Source: Squalus acanthias
Taxonomy: Eukaryota
DNA: 64,000 bases
Assembly: GCA_030390025.1 (NCBI GenBank)
Contig: CM059431.1
Coordinates: 107,758,001 to 107,822,000, forward strand
Direction of reading: 5' to 3'
Below the pieces are notes generated by a model. The model saw nothing but the letters and a program-made list of their open reading frames with translations. It was not told the origin of the DNA and made no database searches. Shown piece after piece: positions 48,640 through 63,327 of the stretch (its first letter is position 1; each line of letters opens with the position of its first letter). The position numbers and the translations under genes were made by a program.

Positions 48640-51600
48640 ACTACAGGTAAAGGAAAAACTAAAAGATGCAAAGTGATTAAACCAGGAGAGAGAAATAAGA
48701 AACAAGTGAGTAAAACATTAGAGCTGAAGGACAGGCTCGGGTGTGTGGCCCAAATAAGTGTTCTTTTTACAAACGCAGAGTATAAGGAATAAATTGAATG
48801 AACTGCAGGCACAAATTCAAATTGGAGGGTATGACATGGTAGCCATTACTGGGACATGGCTGCAAGATGGTCAGGACTGGGAACTAAATATACCAGGTTA
48901 TAAGGTCTACAGGAAAGATAGGAAAATGGCAGAGGGGTAGGAGCAGTCTTAGTGATCAAGGATGAAATCACTTCAATGATAAGAGAGGATACAACGAGAG
49001 GTAAGCAGGCAGTGGAGACTTAATGGGTAGAATTAAGAAATAGGAAAGGATTTAAGACTGTCGTGGGAGTTGTGTATAGGCCCCCTGGTAGCAGCTGTGA
49101 AGTGCTAAATTGTATAAATGCAGAAATTAGACAAGCGTGTAGTAAAGGCAGCGTGGTTTTCATGGGGGCATTTTTACTTTCATATAGATTGGGATAAGCA
49201 GACTAGCACCTGTCAGAAAGGTAGTGAATTTCTTGAGTGTGTCTGGGATAGTTTTCGACAACAATATATCCTAGAGGCAACAAGGGGCATGCCATATTAG
49301 ATTTAGTAATGAGTAATGAGCCAGATTTAGTTAACAGCCTAACTGTGCGTGAACATTTATCCAATAGCGATCATAACATGATTGAGTTCAACGTAGTGTT
49401 TGAAAGGGAGAAACACGAAACAGCTACTAAGATTCTAGATTTAGGTAAGGCCGACTTCAATGGGATGAGAAAGAGACTGTCCACAGTAAACTGGGCAAAT
49501 CTGTTAATGGGTGAAACAACAGAAGATCAGTGGGAGATGTTCAAAAAAGAATTTAAGGTGATACAGAACCAGTTTATAAACCTGAGGGGCAAGAGCTCTA
49601 CTTGCCAAAAAAAAAAGACAAGGACGACTAAAGAGGTAAGGGACAGCATAAAACTAAAAGAAAAAGCATACAAAAATGCGAAAAATAGCACAGATCCATG
49701 GAAAATTGCACATGTCACTCCGCTATTTAAGAATGGCGAGAAAGGGAAACCAGGGAATTATAGGCCAGTTAGCCTAACATCTGTTGTCGGGAAATTGCTA
49801 GAGTCTACAATTAAGGATAATGAACACCTTGATAATTTTCAGTTGATCAGAGAGAGCCAGCATGGATTTTTGAAAGGTAGGTCAAGCCTGACAAACCTGA
49901 TTGAATTTTTTGAGGAGGTGACTAAAGTAGTGGACAGGGGAATGTCTATGGATGTTAATTACATGGACTTCCAGAAGGCATTTGATAAAGTCCCACATAA
50001 GCGACTGTTAACTAAGATAGAAGCCCACGGAATTAAGGGCAAATTATTGACCTGGTTAGGAAATTGGCTGAGCGACAGGAGACAGGCAGTAGGGATTATG
50101 GGTAGGCACTCAAATTGGCAGGCGGTGACTAGTAGTGTCCCTCAGGGATCTGTGTTGGGGCCTCAACTATTCAAAGTATTTATTAATTAGATGATGGCAT
50201 AGAAAGTCATATATCCAAATTTGCCGATGACACAAAGATAGGCGGCATTGTAGGCAGTGTAGATGAAAGCATAAAATTACAAAGGGGTATCGACAGATTA
50301 AGTGAATGGGCAAAACTGTGGCAAATGGATTTCAATGTAGGCAAATGTGAGGTCATCCACTTTGGACCTAAAAAGGATAGAACAGGGTACTTTCTAAATG
50401 GTGAAAGGCTAGAAACAGTGAATGTCCAAAGAGATTTGGGGGTCCAGGTACGTTGATCATTAGCTGCCAGACTGGGCCTGCGACAGGTGGTGAGAGAACC
50501 AACACGAGGGAAAAACCTACTTGACCTCGTCCTCACCAATCTACCTGTCGCAGATGCATCTGTCCATGACAGTATTGGTAGCAGTGACAATTGCACAGTC
50601 ATTGTGGAGACGAAGTCCCGTCTTCACACTGAGGACACCCTCCATCATGTTGTGTGGCACTACCACAGTGCTAAATGGGATAGATTCAGAACAGATCTAG
50701 CAGCACAAAACTGGGCATCCATGAGGTGCTGTGGGCCATCAGCAGCAGAATTATATTCCACCACAATCTGTAACCTCATGGCCCAGCATATCCCTCACTC
50801 TACCATTACCATCAAGCCAGGGGACCAACCCTGTTTCAATAAGGAGTATAGAAGAGCATGCCAGAAGCAGCACCAGGCGTACCTAAAAATGAGGTGCCAA
50901 ACTGGGGAAGCTGCAATACAGGACTACATGCATGATAAAAAGCAGAAGCAGCATGTTATAGACAGGGCTAAGCGATCCCACAATCAATGGATCAGATCAA
51001 AGCTCTGCAGTCCTGCCACATCCAGTCACGAATGGTGGTGGATCATTAAGCAACTAACGGGAGGAGGAGGCACCATGAATATCCCCATTCTCAATGATGG
51101 TGGAGCCCAGCACGTGAGTGCAAGAGACAATGCTGAAGCGTTTGCAACCATCTTCAGCCAGAAGTGCTGAGTGGATGATCCATATCGGCCTTCACCTGAG
51201 GCCCCCACCATCACAGAAGCCAGTCTTCAGCCAATTCGATTCACTCCACACGATATCAAGAAATGGCTGAATGCACTGGATACAGCAAAGGCTATGGGCT
51301 CCGACGACATCCTGGCTATCGTGCTGAAGACTTGTGCTCCAGAACTAGCCTCGCCTCTAGCCAAGCTGTTCCAGTACAGCTACAACACTGGCATCTATCC
51401 GACAATGTGGAAAACTGCCCAGGTATGTCCTGTCCACAAAAAGCAGGAGAAATCCAATCCGGCCAATTACCGCTCCATCAGTCTACTCTCAATCATCAAC
51501 AAAGTGATGGAAGGTGTCATAAACAGTTCTATCAAGTGGCACTTACTCACCAATAACCTGCTCACTGATGCCCAGTTTGGGTTCCGCCAAGACCACTCGG

Positions 51601-53503
51601 CTCCCGACCTCATTACAGCCTTGGTCCAAACATGGACAAAGGAGCTAAATTCCAGAGGACAAGTGAGAGTGACTGCCCTTGACATCAAGGCAGCATTTGA
51701 CCGAGTGTGGCATCAAGGAGCTCTAGTAAAACTGAAGTCAATGGGAATTGGGGGGAAAACTCTCCACTGGCTGGAGTCATACCTAGTACAAAGGAAGATG
51801 GTTGTGGCAATTGAAGGTCAATAATTGCAGCCCCAGGGCATCGCTGCAGGAGCTCTTCAGGGCAGTGTCCTAGGCCCAACCATCTTCAGCTGCTTCATCA
51901 ATGACCTTCCTTCCAACATAAGGTCAGAAATGGGGATGTTCGCTGATTACTGCACAGTGTTCAGTGCCATTCACAACTCCTCAGATAATGAAGCAGTCCA
52001 TGCTCGCATGCAACAAGACCTGGATGACGTTCAGGCTTGGGCTGATAAATGGCAGATAACATTTGCGCCACAGAAGTGCCAGCCAATGACTATCTCCAAC
52101 AAGCGAGAGTCTAACCACCGCCCCTTGGCATTCAATGGCATTACCTTTGCCGAATCCCCCACCATCAACATCCTGGGGGTCACCATTGACCAGAAACTTA
52201 ACTGGACCAGCCACATAAATACTGTGGCAAAAAGAGCAGGTCAGAGGCTAGGTATTCTGTGGCGAGTGTCTCACCTCCTGACTCCCCAAAGCCTTTCTAC
52301 CATCTACAAGGCACAAGTAAGGAGTGTGATGGAATACTCTCTACTTGCCTGGATGATTGCAGCTCCAACAACACTCAAGAAGCGCGACACAATCCAGGAC
52401 AAAGCAGCCCGCTTGATTGGCACCCCATCTACCAACTTAAACATTCACTTCCACCGGCGTACCGTGGCTGCAGTGTGTACCATCTACAAGATGCACTGCA
52501 GCAACTCACCAAGACTTCTTCAGCAGTGCCTCACAAACCCGCGACCTCTTCCACTTAGAAGGACAAGGGCAGCAGGTGCATGGGAACACCACCACCTCCA
52601 AGTTCCCCTCCAAGTCACAAACCACCCTGACTTAGAATTATTTCGCTGATCCATCATGATCGCTGGGTCAAAATCCTGGAACTCCCTAACAGCACTGTGA
52701 GAGTACCATCACCACACGGACTGCAGCGGTTGAAGAAGGCGATTCACCACCACCTTCTCAAGGGCAATTAGGAATGGGCAATAAATGCCGGCCTTGCCAG
52801 CGATGCCCACATCCCATAAAAACTAATTTAAAAAAAAAATGTCATGAACAGATAGAGAAAATAATCGAAAAGGCTAATGAAAGGATGGCCTTTATATCTA
52901 GAATACAAGGGGGTAGAAGTTATGCTGCAGCTATACAAAGCCCTGGTTAGACCACACCTGGAGTACTGTGAGCAGTTCTGGGCACCACTCCGCAGGAAGG
53001 ATATATTGGTCTTGGAGGGAGTGCAGCGTAGGTTTACCAGAATGATACCCGGACTTCAAGGGTTAAGTTACGAGGAGAGATTACACAAATTAGGGTTGTA
53101 CTCCCTAGAATTTAGAAGGTTAAGGGGTGATCTGATCGAAGTTTTCAAGATATTAAGGGGGGCAAATAGGGCAGATATAGAGAAACTATTTCTGCTGGTT
53201 GGGGATTCTAGGACTAGGGAGCATAATCTGAAAATTAGAGCCAGACCTTTCAGGAGTGAAATTAGGAAACACTTCTACACACAAACGGTGGTAGAAGTTA
53301 GGAACTCTCTACCACAAACAGCACTTGGTGCTAGGTCAATTGTTAATTTTAAATCGGAGATTGATAGCTATTTGTTAACCAAAGGTATTAAGGAATATGG
53401 GCCAAAGGCGGGTATATGGAGTTAGGTCACAGATCAGCCATGATCTCATTGAATGGCGGAACAGACTCGAGGGGAGTCAAAGAGCTCCTCCTGTTCCTAT
53501 GTT
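48640..53503 (+). mobile_element. CR1 LINE (internally deleted) interrupted by a family-B LINE
   Basis: APE and RT fragments at 48760-50450 and the RT C-terminus at 52877-53425. Confidence 0.88.
50458..52838 (+). mobile_element. LINE family B ORF2, 5'-truncated, with a poly(A) tail
   Basis: Three consecutive in-frame ORFs (50487-52649) broken by stops, with LDIKAAFD, QGSVLGP and FADY. Highly similar to 28010-30362. Confidence 0.92.
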
Positions 53504-53640
53504 ACTAAATCATCGTGAGTGCCTTCATTGGTTCTGACAACACATGCAACTTACGTGTTGAACCAATATTTTGTTAGAAAGGACTGCAGACTGCGTTTGT
53601 GCTTCACTCGTCCAAAACTCTTAGTTCAGTCCCGAACTTA

Positions 53641-56392
53641 TCATAGAATCATAGAATCATAGAAGATAGGAGCAGGAGTAGGCCATTCGGCCCCTCTAGC
53701 CTGCTCCGCCATTCAATGCGATCATGGCTGATCATCCAAATTCAGTACCCTGTCCCTGCTTTCTCCTCATATCCCTTGATCCCTTTAGCCTTAAGAAATA
53801 TATCCAACTCCTTCTTGAATCTATTTAATGAATTGGCCTCTACTGCCTTCTGTGGCAGAGAATTCCATAGGTTCACCACTCTCTGGGTGAAGAAATTCCT
53901 CCTAATTTCTGTCCTAAATGTCTTACCACTTATCCTTAGACTGTGACCCCTGGTTCTGGACTCCCCGACCATCGGGAACATCCTTCCTGCATCTAGTTTG
54001 TCCTGTCCTGTCAGAATTTTATAAGTTTCAATGAGATCCCCTCTCATTCTGCTAAATTCCAGCGAGTATAAGCCCAATCGACCCAATCTCTCTTCATACG
54101 TCATTCCTGCCATCCCAGGTATCAGCCTTGTGAATCTTCGCTGAACTCCTTCCATGGCAAGAACATCCTTCCTCAGATAAGGTGACCAAAACTGCACACA
54201 GTACTCAAGGTGTGGTCTCACCAAGGCCCTGTACAACTGCAGCAAGACATCCTTGTTCCTGTACTCAAACCCTCTCGCTATGAAGGCCAACATACCATTT
54301 GCCTTCTTAACCGCCTGCTGCACCTGCATGCTTACCTTCAGCGACTGGTGCACAAGGACACCCAGGTCTCGTTGCACTTCCCCTTCTCCCAATCTATTGC
54401 CATTCAGATAATAATCTGCCTTTCTGTTTTTGACACCAAAGTGGATAACCTCGCATTTATCCATGTTATATTGCATCTGCCACGCTTCTGCCCAATCACC
54501 CAACCTGTCCAAATCATCCTGGAGTTTCTCGGCATACTCCTCACAGCACACACACCCACCCAGTTTTGTGTCGTCTGCAAACTTGGAGATATTACATCTA
54601 GTTCCCTTGTCGAGATCATTAATATATATTGTGAATAGCTGGGGTCCAAGGACCGATCCCTGCGGTACCCCAGTAGTCACTGCCTGCCACTCGGAAAAAG
54701 ACCTATTTATTCCAACTCTTTGCTTTCTGTCTGCCAACCAGTTCTCTATCCAAGTCAATACCTTGCCCCCAATCCCATGTGCCTTAACTTTACACGCTAA
54801 TCTCTTATGCGGGACCTTATCAAAAGCCTTTTGGAAGTCCAAATACACCACATCCACTGGTTCTCCCTTATCTATTTTACCAGTTACATCTCAAAAAATT
54901 CCAGTAGATTAGTCAAGCATGATTTTCCTTTTGTAAATCCATGTTGATTTTGTCTGATCCTGTCACTGTTTTCCAAGTGCTCAGCTATTACATCTTTTAT
55001 AATGGACTCTAGCATTTTCCCCACTAGCGATGTCAGGCTTCCCGTCTGTAATTCCCCGTTTTCTCTCTACCACCCTTTTTGAATAGTGGGGTAACATTAG
55101 CTACCCTCCAATCCATGGGTACTGTTCCAGATTCCATCGAATGTTGGAAGATGATCAGCAATGCATCTACTATTTCTAGGGCCACTTCCTTAAGTACCCT
55201 AGGATGTAGATTATCAGGCCCTGGGGATTTATCGGCCTTCAATCCCGCCAATTTCCCGAACACCATTTCCCTACAAATACTGATTTCTTTCAGTTCCTCC
55301 CTTTCATCAGACCCTATGTTCCCCAACATCTCTGGGAGGTTATTTGTGTCCTCCTTTGTGAAGACAGAACCAAAATATGTATTTAATTGGTCTGACATTT
55401 CTTTGTTCCCCATTATAAGTTCCGCTGATTCTGACTGCAAGGGACCTATGCTTGATTTCACTAATCTTTTTCTCTTCACATATCTATAAAAGCTTTTACA
55501 GTCAGTTTTTATGTTCCCTGCAAGCTTACTCTCGTATTCTATTTTCCCCTTCTTAATTAATCTCTTTGTCCTCCTTTGTTGAATCTTAAACTGCTCCCAA
55601 TCCACAGGGTTATGGCTTTTTCTGGCCATTTATATGCCTTCTCCTTGGATCTTATGCTATCCCTAATTTCCCTTGTTAGCCACAGGTTGAGTCACCCTTT
55701 TTGTTTTATTCTTATGCCAAACTGGGATGAACAAATTCTGTAGTTCGTCCATGCGGTCTTTGAATGTTTGCCATAGCCTATCCACCGTCAACCCTTTGAG
55801 TGACATTCCCCAATCAATCCTACCCAACTCGCACCTCATACCATCGTAGTTTCCTTTATTTAAATTCAGGACCCTAGTCTCTGAGTCAACTACTTCACTC
55901 TCCATCCTAATGAAGAATTCTATCATATTATGATCGCTTCGACCCAAGGGGCCTCGCACTACAAGATTGCTAATTAATCCTTTCTCATTGCATAATACCC
56001 AGTTTAAGATGGCCTGATCTCTGGTTGGTTCCTCGACATATTGGTCCAGGAAACCATCCCGTAAGCACTCCAGGAATTCCTCCTCCATAGTATTGTTACT
56101 AATTTGGTTAGCCCAATCTATATATAGATTAAAGTCACCCATGATGACTGCTGTGCCCTTATTGCACGCTTCTCTAATTTCCCTTTTAATGCCATCCCCA
56201 ACCTCCGCATTACTGTTTGGAGGTCTATATATCACTCCCACTAACGTTTTCTGCCCCTTGTTATTTCTCAGTTCAACCCATACAGATTCCACATCATCAG
56301 AGCTAATATCCTTCCTTTCAATTGTGTTAATCCCCTCTTTAACCAGCAATGCTACCCCACCTCCCTTTCCTTTTTGCCTATCTTTCCTCTTT
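53641..56392 (-). mobile_element. CR1 LINE ORF2 + 3' UTR
   Basis: ORFs 55663-56427, 55033-55629 and 53742-54857. Same subfamily as 581-4007. Confidence 0.95.
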
Positions 56393-57179
56393 AAATCGTA
56401 GCAGTCAGTGTTTTGTAACAAATCCAAAACAATTATAAAATCTGAGTCAGTATTCTAGGTTTGCTCAACGTTTGTGGGAAGTATAGCAGCAATAATGGAA
56501 TTTTTGTCCTGAAATTGGTACACAAGGAAATTCGGCACTGCACAAGCCGACTAATGGGTTCAAGAATCATGAGTATCCAGATAGGTTATGTCAGACATAA
56601 GAGCAGCTTGGATTGATTTGTATACGGCCATTGGGACTGCATCCTAATATATGTTGGTGAAATATGAAAACGATGTATTAAAACAATCTGGTGTTTCCGT
56701 TAGGAGCACAATCGGCAAAATGCGCCCAGAATGCGCTGGACACTGCGTTGGTTTTGCCGAGGTGAAGTCGCGCCCACGTTTCCACGCACACTCATTTGCA
56801 TAATCCCGAACCGTAAACTCTCCCTCGAATCAGTGCAGTCGAGCAGCGCGGTCGATCCTAATCGATTATTGACTGGAGCCGGCTCAATGGGGCCTCAAGA
56901 TTACTGCATTAAACTAATTAAGACTGAAAATTTGTTCAAGTAATTGCTACAGCTGAAGAAACAGGACAATCGGCAGTTTCAGTTGACTGCGGTTTAAATT
57001 CCGTGATCTTTTGTGCTATTGCTGTCGATTCTGCCCAAATTGTGCAGATATCTGGATGGAAACCATGAGGGAAACTGAACCTCCAGTTTTCGTGCTGCAA
57101 ACTAGTTTGCATATTATCCAAAGATAATAAATACATTGGGGTCAACACAACCTTTGAGCTTCCGAGTACAAATAAAACA

Positions 57180-57799
57180 GCCCCGATTTTAAATGTTGTA
57201 GGAATTGGGCGGGCAAGTGACGGGGGGTGGGGGATGGGGGCAAGTGGCAACCCCCCCCCATTAAGTCTCCAGCCTGAGGCCAAGCAATTTTAAGTCCAAG
57301 GCCTCATTTTAATATGATTGATGGGCTACTCGCTCGATCACGTCAGGAAATTTGGCAAAACCAGGCCTGCATGCCTGGTTTAAAGCGACTGTTAGGCCAC
57401 AATCAACAAGGTAAATTTTTAAAATATGCTGACCTAAACGTGGAGACGGGGCGGGGGGAAGCAGGTCCTCACATTAAAAGAACGTGGGAAGCTGCTGGCC
57501 GATCCCTGCCTGCCGCAAACAGCACCAACGCTGCCGTTCTGTCCTCCCCGCCCCCCCCCCGATCGTGGCTCCCTCCTACCCCGGTCAACAACCCCCCCCC
57601 CCACCCCATTTCTCATCTTCCGCAGCGGCCTGACCTTTAATCACGCTCCGCCAGCGAGCTCCCTGCTACTCTCCGCAGCTCACCTGTTTGATGGAAATGA
57701 TCCCCGAGTCCAATTTTGGAGATGTCTTGGCCCTCACTATCCAGGCACAGGGGTTGATCCCTGGGTCCCAAAAATGGGGTGCAGCCGAATTCCTAGCCC
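57180..57799. mobile_element. GC-rich MITE-like element
   Basis: Ends AGCCCCGATTTT / GAATTCCTAGCCC resemble the Harbinger-type TIRs elsewhere in the window. Confidence 0.4.
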
Positions 57800-57816
57800 A
57801 AAAAGCAAAGATCCGT

Positions 57817-59860
57817 ATGTTCCAATCCCTCCATGGTCTCGCCCCTCCCTATCTCTGTCACCTCCTCCAGCCCTACAACCCTCCGAGATATCTGCGCTTC
57901 TCCAATTCTGGCCTCTTGAGCATCCCAGATTTTCATCACTCCACCATTGACGGCCATGCCTTCAGCTGCCTCGGCTCTAAGCTCTGGAATTCCCTCCCTA
58001 AACCTCTCCGCCTCTCTTTCCTCCTTTAAGACGCTCCTTAAAACCTACCACTTGTAGAGTTTCGCAATTATCGCGATTCAAAATAACATGAGAGAAGCAG
58101 ATTCAATTGATCAGTTTTATTAAACAAAATGCTGTCCTGATAATAAAGGACACAGAAGCCTGTAAAATGGCCGCCGCGCTTCGTGGCAGAAGCTTCCAGA
58201 GACACAGTGGGCAGACAAGATGGCGTCGAATATACATTCAGTATGAGATTGGATCATACTCGGTACACATTGATAAAGACAGGATGCAACCCGTTTGCAT
58301 TCTAAACAATAGCAATGATATAAGTGCTGGAATCGTTTTCCTATGCACAGTAAGGATCATTGAACTGGGCCATCGAGAACCCATCTAGACACATCAATAC
58401 ACAAATACCCCCCCCGGCTCAACAATGAGAGAGACATTGGCGGGTGATTAAGCCAGTATTCGGGGGGCCCCAAAACCAGTCGAGGAGACGATTCATACAC
58501 ATCCTGGCTGGCTCAACAATGGAGAAGGTATTAACGGATAGTTGGCCAGTTTCAGGTGCTACCGAAACCCGTTAAGAAGATAATCGCCCCATGCTGGGAG
58601 TTTTGAGCGCCAAAATCACACAAAGGATAAACATTTAGATTTGAGCGGGAGATAAAGCGGACACAACAGTATAACTATAGAGACAAATGTCCATCGCTCT
58701 CTTCCTTGACTCTGGGCTCTGGATTCGTTTGATTCTCTGCTGACTCTTGCTGAACTCTTATTTCTCTGGACTCGAACGTTTGACTCCTGACTCTTGATTT
58801 TCTCTCTGGACTCTGTTGACTTTTGACTCTTAGCCGTACTGGTCGGTTATTCGAGTGTTGGGTGGAGCTCAATCGGAACAAGCCGCCCCGACAAGGGCAA
58901 GTAACAGGGTACACCATCCCGAGTGTCGGTAAACGGTGTCTGGACCCGGAGGCCCGAGAAGACGAGAAGAGAAGACGAGAAGAAATTCCACGTGCCGCCA
59001 CGGTCAGTAAACCCCGACCGTGCCCGAAAATATAACGACCGAACTTTCCTTTGAGTTCTACCGACTTCTACATGTACCGTAACACAGGAAGATCCTTCTT
59101 TGAATTCTAAGATGGTTTGAGTCCATCGACTGCTTCATGACATCAGGGAGCCTGGCTTGCCTTTCGCAGCAGCGAAAGTAAACAAGTGGGGTGCAGAAAC
59201 CCTTCCAAACACGTGACAGTCAGGCGCTGCAGCGAAACGAGCTGAGTGCCTCATTTTAAAATCTCCGAAGTAAAACGAGTGGTGAGCATGTTTTCCGATC
59301 CTACAAATCCAGACGTAGTTTAGGCATTGTTAAGGGAGGGTGGTTTTTAATAAGGTTAAGGTATAATGTGTTCCCCTTTTTACGATGTGCCGTGTGTTCT
59401 CCATTTCCATAGACCAAGCTTTATGAACGTGTGTATACTTGTACTCTCTTTGATTTGCGCCTATGACATGTATTTCATGATTTTAGACGCCATGCAATAA
59501 AGATATCCATTTTGTGCTATTCAACCGGGTCTATTTGAGTTTTCTCTGCATTACTGCTCCTTGCATCTAAGTCCAGGTGTCAGAACCGTAAGGGCGAGTG
59601 GGTCGAACCACTCACAGGTGCTTATTGCAAAAAGGCTGGCCGGAGACCAGAGCAAGCAATAGTATAGGCAACGAAGGCCTAACCTCGCACCAGCACCGTC
59701 TGAGACACGCCCCCTTACAGACTTGTCACCTGCCTTAATTTCTCCCTTTGTGGCTCGGTGTCAATCTTTTGTCTGATAACACTCCTGTGAAGCGCCTTGG
59801 AACAATGTACTGCACTAAATGCGCAATATAAATGCAAAATTTGTGTTGTTCTTGTTGTTG
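57817..59860 (+). mobile_element. L2-type 3' end interrupted by a solo LTR
   Basis: L2 sequence at 57817-58052 resumes at 59720-59860. Confidence 0.8.
58053..59719 (+). mobile_element. Long solo LTR (family 2, 1667 bp)
   Basis: TGTA...TACA termini, flanks CACT/GACT, AATAAA at 59496 and internal tandem repeats. Confidence 0.7.
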
Positions 59861-60264
59861 ATTACCCTAATTCAGCGTTCCCAGCGAAGAGCACTGGTCA
59901 CAGGGAGCACTGGTTGGAAATCTCAGGTGCACAGTGACAAGAATGAAACTATGCAGACCAGGGCCTTCCTTAACTATACATGTCAGTGTTTGATCTATTG
60001 AAATGTCCTTAAAACCCAACTCTTTGACTAAGTTTTTGGTCACCCCTCTGAACCATTCTCTGTTTGGCTCAGTGTCTGTTTTCCTTACACCTCTGGGAAG
60101 CACCTTGGGATATTTTTCTATGTTAAGGGCGCTATATAAATGCAAGTTGTTGTTATCATTCTGGTGCAGTGGTGGATGCTTTTCCAAGGGTTGGAGAAGG
60201 AGGAACTTCAACCTCGGGCATGACGGCATGCACTTCATCACAGTGATCCTTTGGCAATTCAAGA

Positions 60265-61045
60265 TTTAGACTTTGGAATCAAAAACACAATTTCTAAATT
60301 TGCGAACGACACCAAATTGGGAGGGATAGTCCACACTGAGGAGGACTGCAACACCTTACAAGAAGACATTAATAAACTTGAAGAATGGGCATATAATTGG
60401 CAAATGAATTTCAAGTGTGAGGTATTGCATTTTGGTAAGAAAAATAAGGAGGCCACATATTGCTTGGAAAATAAGAATCTAAATGGGATAGAGGAACAAA
60501 GAGACCTGGGAGTACAAATACACAAATCACTAAAAGTAGCAGCACAGGTTAATAAGGCCATATAAAAAAGGCAAACTAACCACTACGGTTTATTTCTAGA
60601 GGGATATTTATGCTAAACTTCTATCGAACCTTGATTAGACCACACTTGGAGTACTGCGTACAGTTCTGGTCGCCATATAATAAAAAGGATATAGAGGCAC
60701 TGGAGAGGGTACAAAAAAGATTTATAAGGATGATACCAGAAATGCGAGGATACACCTATCAGGAAAGGATGAACAGGCTAGGTCTCTTTTCTCTTGAAAA
60801 GAGAAGGCTGAGGGGTGACCTAATAGAGGTCTTTAAAATTATGAAGGGTTTTGATAGAGTGGATACAGAGAGAGTGTTTCCACTTGTGGGGAAGAGCATA
60901 ACTAGAGGCCATCAATATAAGATAATCACCAAGAAATCAAATAGGGAATTCAGAAGAAACTTTAGGAGAGGCTCGTGTGGAGCATAAACGCCGGCATGGA
61001 CCAGTTGGGCCGAATGGCCTGTTTCTGTGCCGTATATCCTATGGA
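60265..61045 (+). mobile_element. CR1 RT/3' fragment
   Basis: KFANDTK and RPHLEYCVQFW, followed by a 3' UTR. Confidence 0.88.
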
Positions 61046-61499
61046 ATTAGGTTGATCATTTATATTCTATCAGACTGAGGCTCGGGCTATAAACCAACAA
61101 ACAAATTTAACGTTAAATAAGCAATTGGAAAGTATTCAGTACAAGCAGTAGTTGACAAACTGCGCGATCCTCCCCAAAGTCAAAAAGACAAAGGTGCTTC
61201 TGCTGTTAACATCAGGGTGGTTCTTGAATCACAGTCACTGACTTCTTGTGAGAACGCACCACAGAGTCACTGTAGCTCAGTTTCTCTGCTGGACTCTGAC
61301 TGACTGGCTCAGTCAGCCATGGATATTTATTCAAAATCCTTTTGAAGATATAATGAACCAAGAAAGCATTGATAAAAAAACGTAACCCTTCTAACTATGT
61401 TAGATTAACTTCCATTCTTAGCATTCAAACACAGACAATGCGTGTAGATTAAGCCTGGGCCTACTATGGATCGGTAGATTTGACCTGAAATCTTGGCCA

Positions 61500-62550
61500 T
61501 TCGAACATGTTAACATGACCAAGCCAGTACTGCTGGATACAGCTCCCCATCCGAGTATATGAAACTATGCATATGAAACCTTCCTCAATTGTACATGTCT
61601 CATACAACTTGCAGAAACAGTGACTGACCCGAATCCGGTTTGTGCCATGTTCAGCAAGAAAGAAGCTGATGAATAATCTAACATAGACAAAAATGTCACA
61701 CTGCACTCCAAAAGAGCCAGCAATAAATGTCAACAGGTCTCTAAAGCACCAATGTCCAGATGGTGCACTCAGATTTTTTGTTGGATATGGTCCATGATTT
61801 AAGTAACATCCTCCTCACATTCTCTTCATAAAGCACTTAAGGCTCAATGTCAGAGGCAGATCACATCCATCTGCTCTCTCTGCATAGGCATTGCCAAATT
61901 AGGCCATTTCGCTGATATGGTTCAACACTGAGGTCGCACATTTTCAATGCTGAACTTCTGCTTGGTTACCACAGTTACACAGATTCTGCCGTGGGGCTGG
62001 CAACCTGGGTTCGTAGCCACCTGAAGTCAGGCTGCAGCTGGTTAGCATGGTGCGATGGAGAGTGAGAACAGACAGCACATCTGTGCTTTCACAGCGTTTA
62101 TGGCAGAGCAGCAGTTAGGTTTATTCTCTGGATGGTAAAATGACTAATTAGTCAGCCCAAATCAATCCCTTCCAATAAGGCAATGCACAGTTTCACAGAG
62201 CAGCACAATTGTCCACCGTGTACGGTATCTAGTTCAAAAATAGGCTCCAAATCCCAGAAACACCTGTTACAAAGTGCAGTGCTGTGCAGATGGTAAAGTC
62301 TTCTGTGATCATGGAAAAGGCAGTTTTGAAGATGCTGATAAAGTTGAAGTGACTCAACTTTTCTTTTTGAAGTTTAAAGTTATGGGGGCAAATTTTGTGA
62401 GGTCGTTCACTGCTGCCAGGATTTCTCATGCAGACAGTGCATATTGGAATGTCATCGTACTAGCTGCCCTGATAGCAGTGTAGGGCCTTGTAAAATGTAC
62501 CCTGTCATCCTCAGCTTTTGTCAAAATAATAGTCAATGTAGGAGCACTGC
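61500..62550 (-). pseudogene. Possible ancient hAT transposase relic
   Basis: Fragments F.YAL..EILAAVNDL..FQKEKL, DIEP.VLYEE, LFISFFLAEHG and PAVLAW occur in hAT C-terminal order, with many stops. Confidence 0.3.
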
Positions 62551-62636
62551 AATGTTAATCCTAGAGTTAGTTCAAAGACCATATAAACAATAAATATGCA
62601 GGTCATTTTATAATACAACCTTTTCCAGTTATAATT

Positions 62637-63065
62637 CAACAACAACAACTTGCATTTATATAGCACCTTTAACGTAGTAAAACGTCCCAAGGCGCTTCAC
62701 TGGAGCGTTATCAGACAAAATTTGACACCGGGATACATAAGGAGATATTAGTACAGGTGACCAAAAAGCTCGGTCAAAGAGGTAGGCTTTAAGGAGCGTC
62801 TTAAAGGAGGAGAGTGGTAGAGAGGCGGAGAGATTTAGAGAGGGAATTCCAGAGCTTAGGGCCTAGGCAACTGAAGGCACGGCCTCCAATGGTGGAGCGA
62901 TTAAATTCGTGGATGCTCAGGAGGCCAGAATTGGAGGAGCGCAGAGATCACGGGGGGTTGTGGGGCTGGAGGAGATTACAGAGATAGGGAGGGACGACGC
63001 CATGGAGGGATTTGAAAACAAGGATGAGAATTTTAAAATCGAGGGGTTGTTTAAATCGGGAGCCA
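62637..63065 (-). mobile_element. L2-type LINE 3' end
   Basis: (CAA)n tail and the consensus 3' UTR. Confidence 0.85.
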
Positions 63066-63327
63066 AAGTAGGTCATAAAGAAATGCAAGATCTCTTAATA
63101 AATCTGCTAACCATCAGCAGTTCATGCTGAAATAGTGCCAGTTTGAACTGGGGGTGGGGTGGAAGAGATGTGCTGTTAATAAATTGACACTTCATCTCAT
63201 TTGCTTTCTTTTGCTCTACATCTCACTCTCTTTTAAACATGATGTGGAGATGCCGGCGTTGGACTGGGGTGGACAAAAATGAGAAGTCGCACAACACCAG
63301 GTTATAGTCCAACAGATTTATTTAATT

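Noticed and set aside
58705..58830. CRISPR-like array
   Set aside because: These are irregular short GACTCT repeats inside an LTR, with no constant repeat-spacer period.
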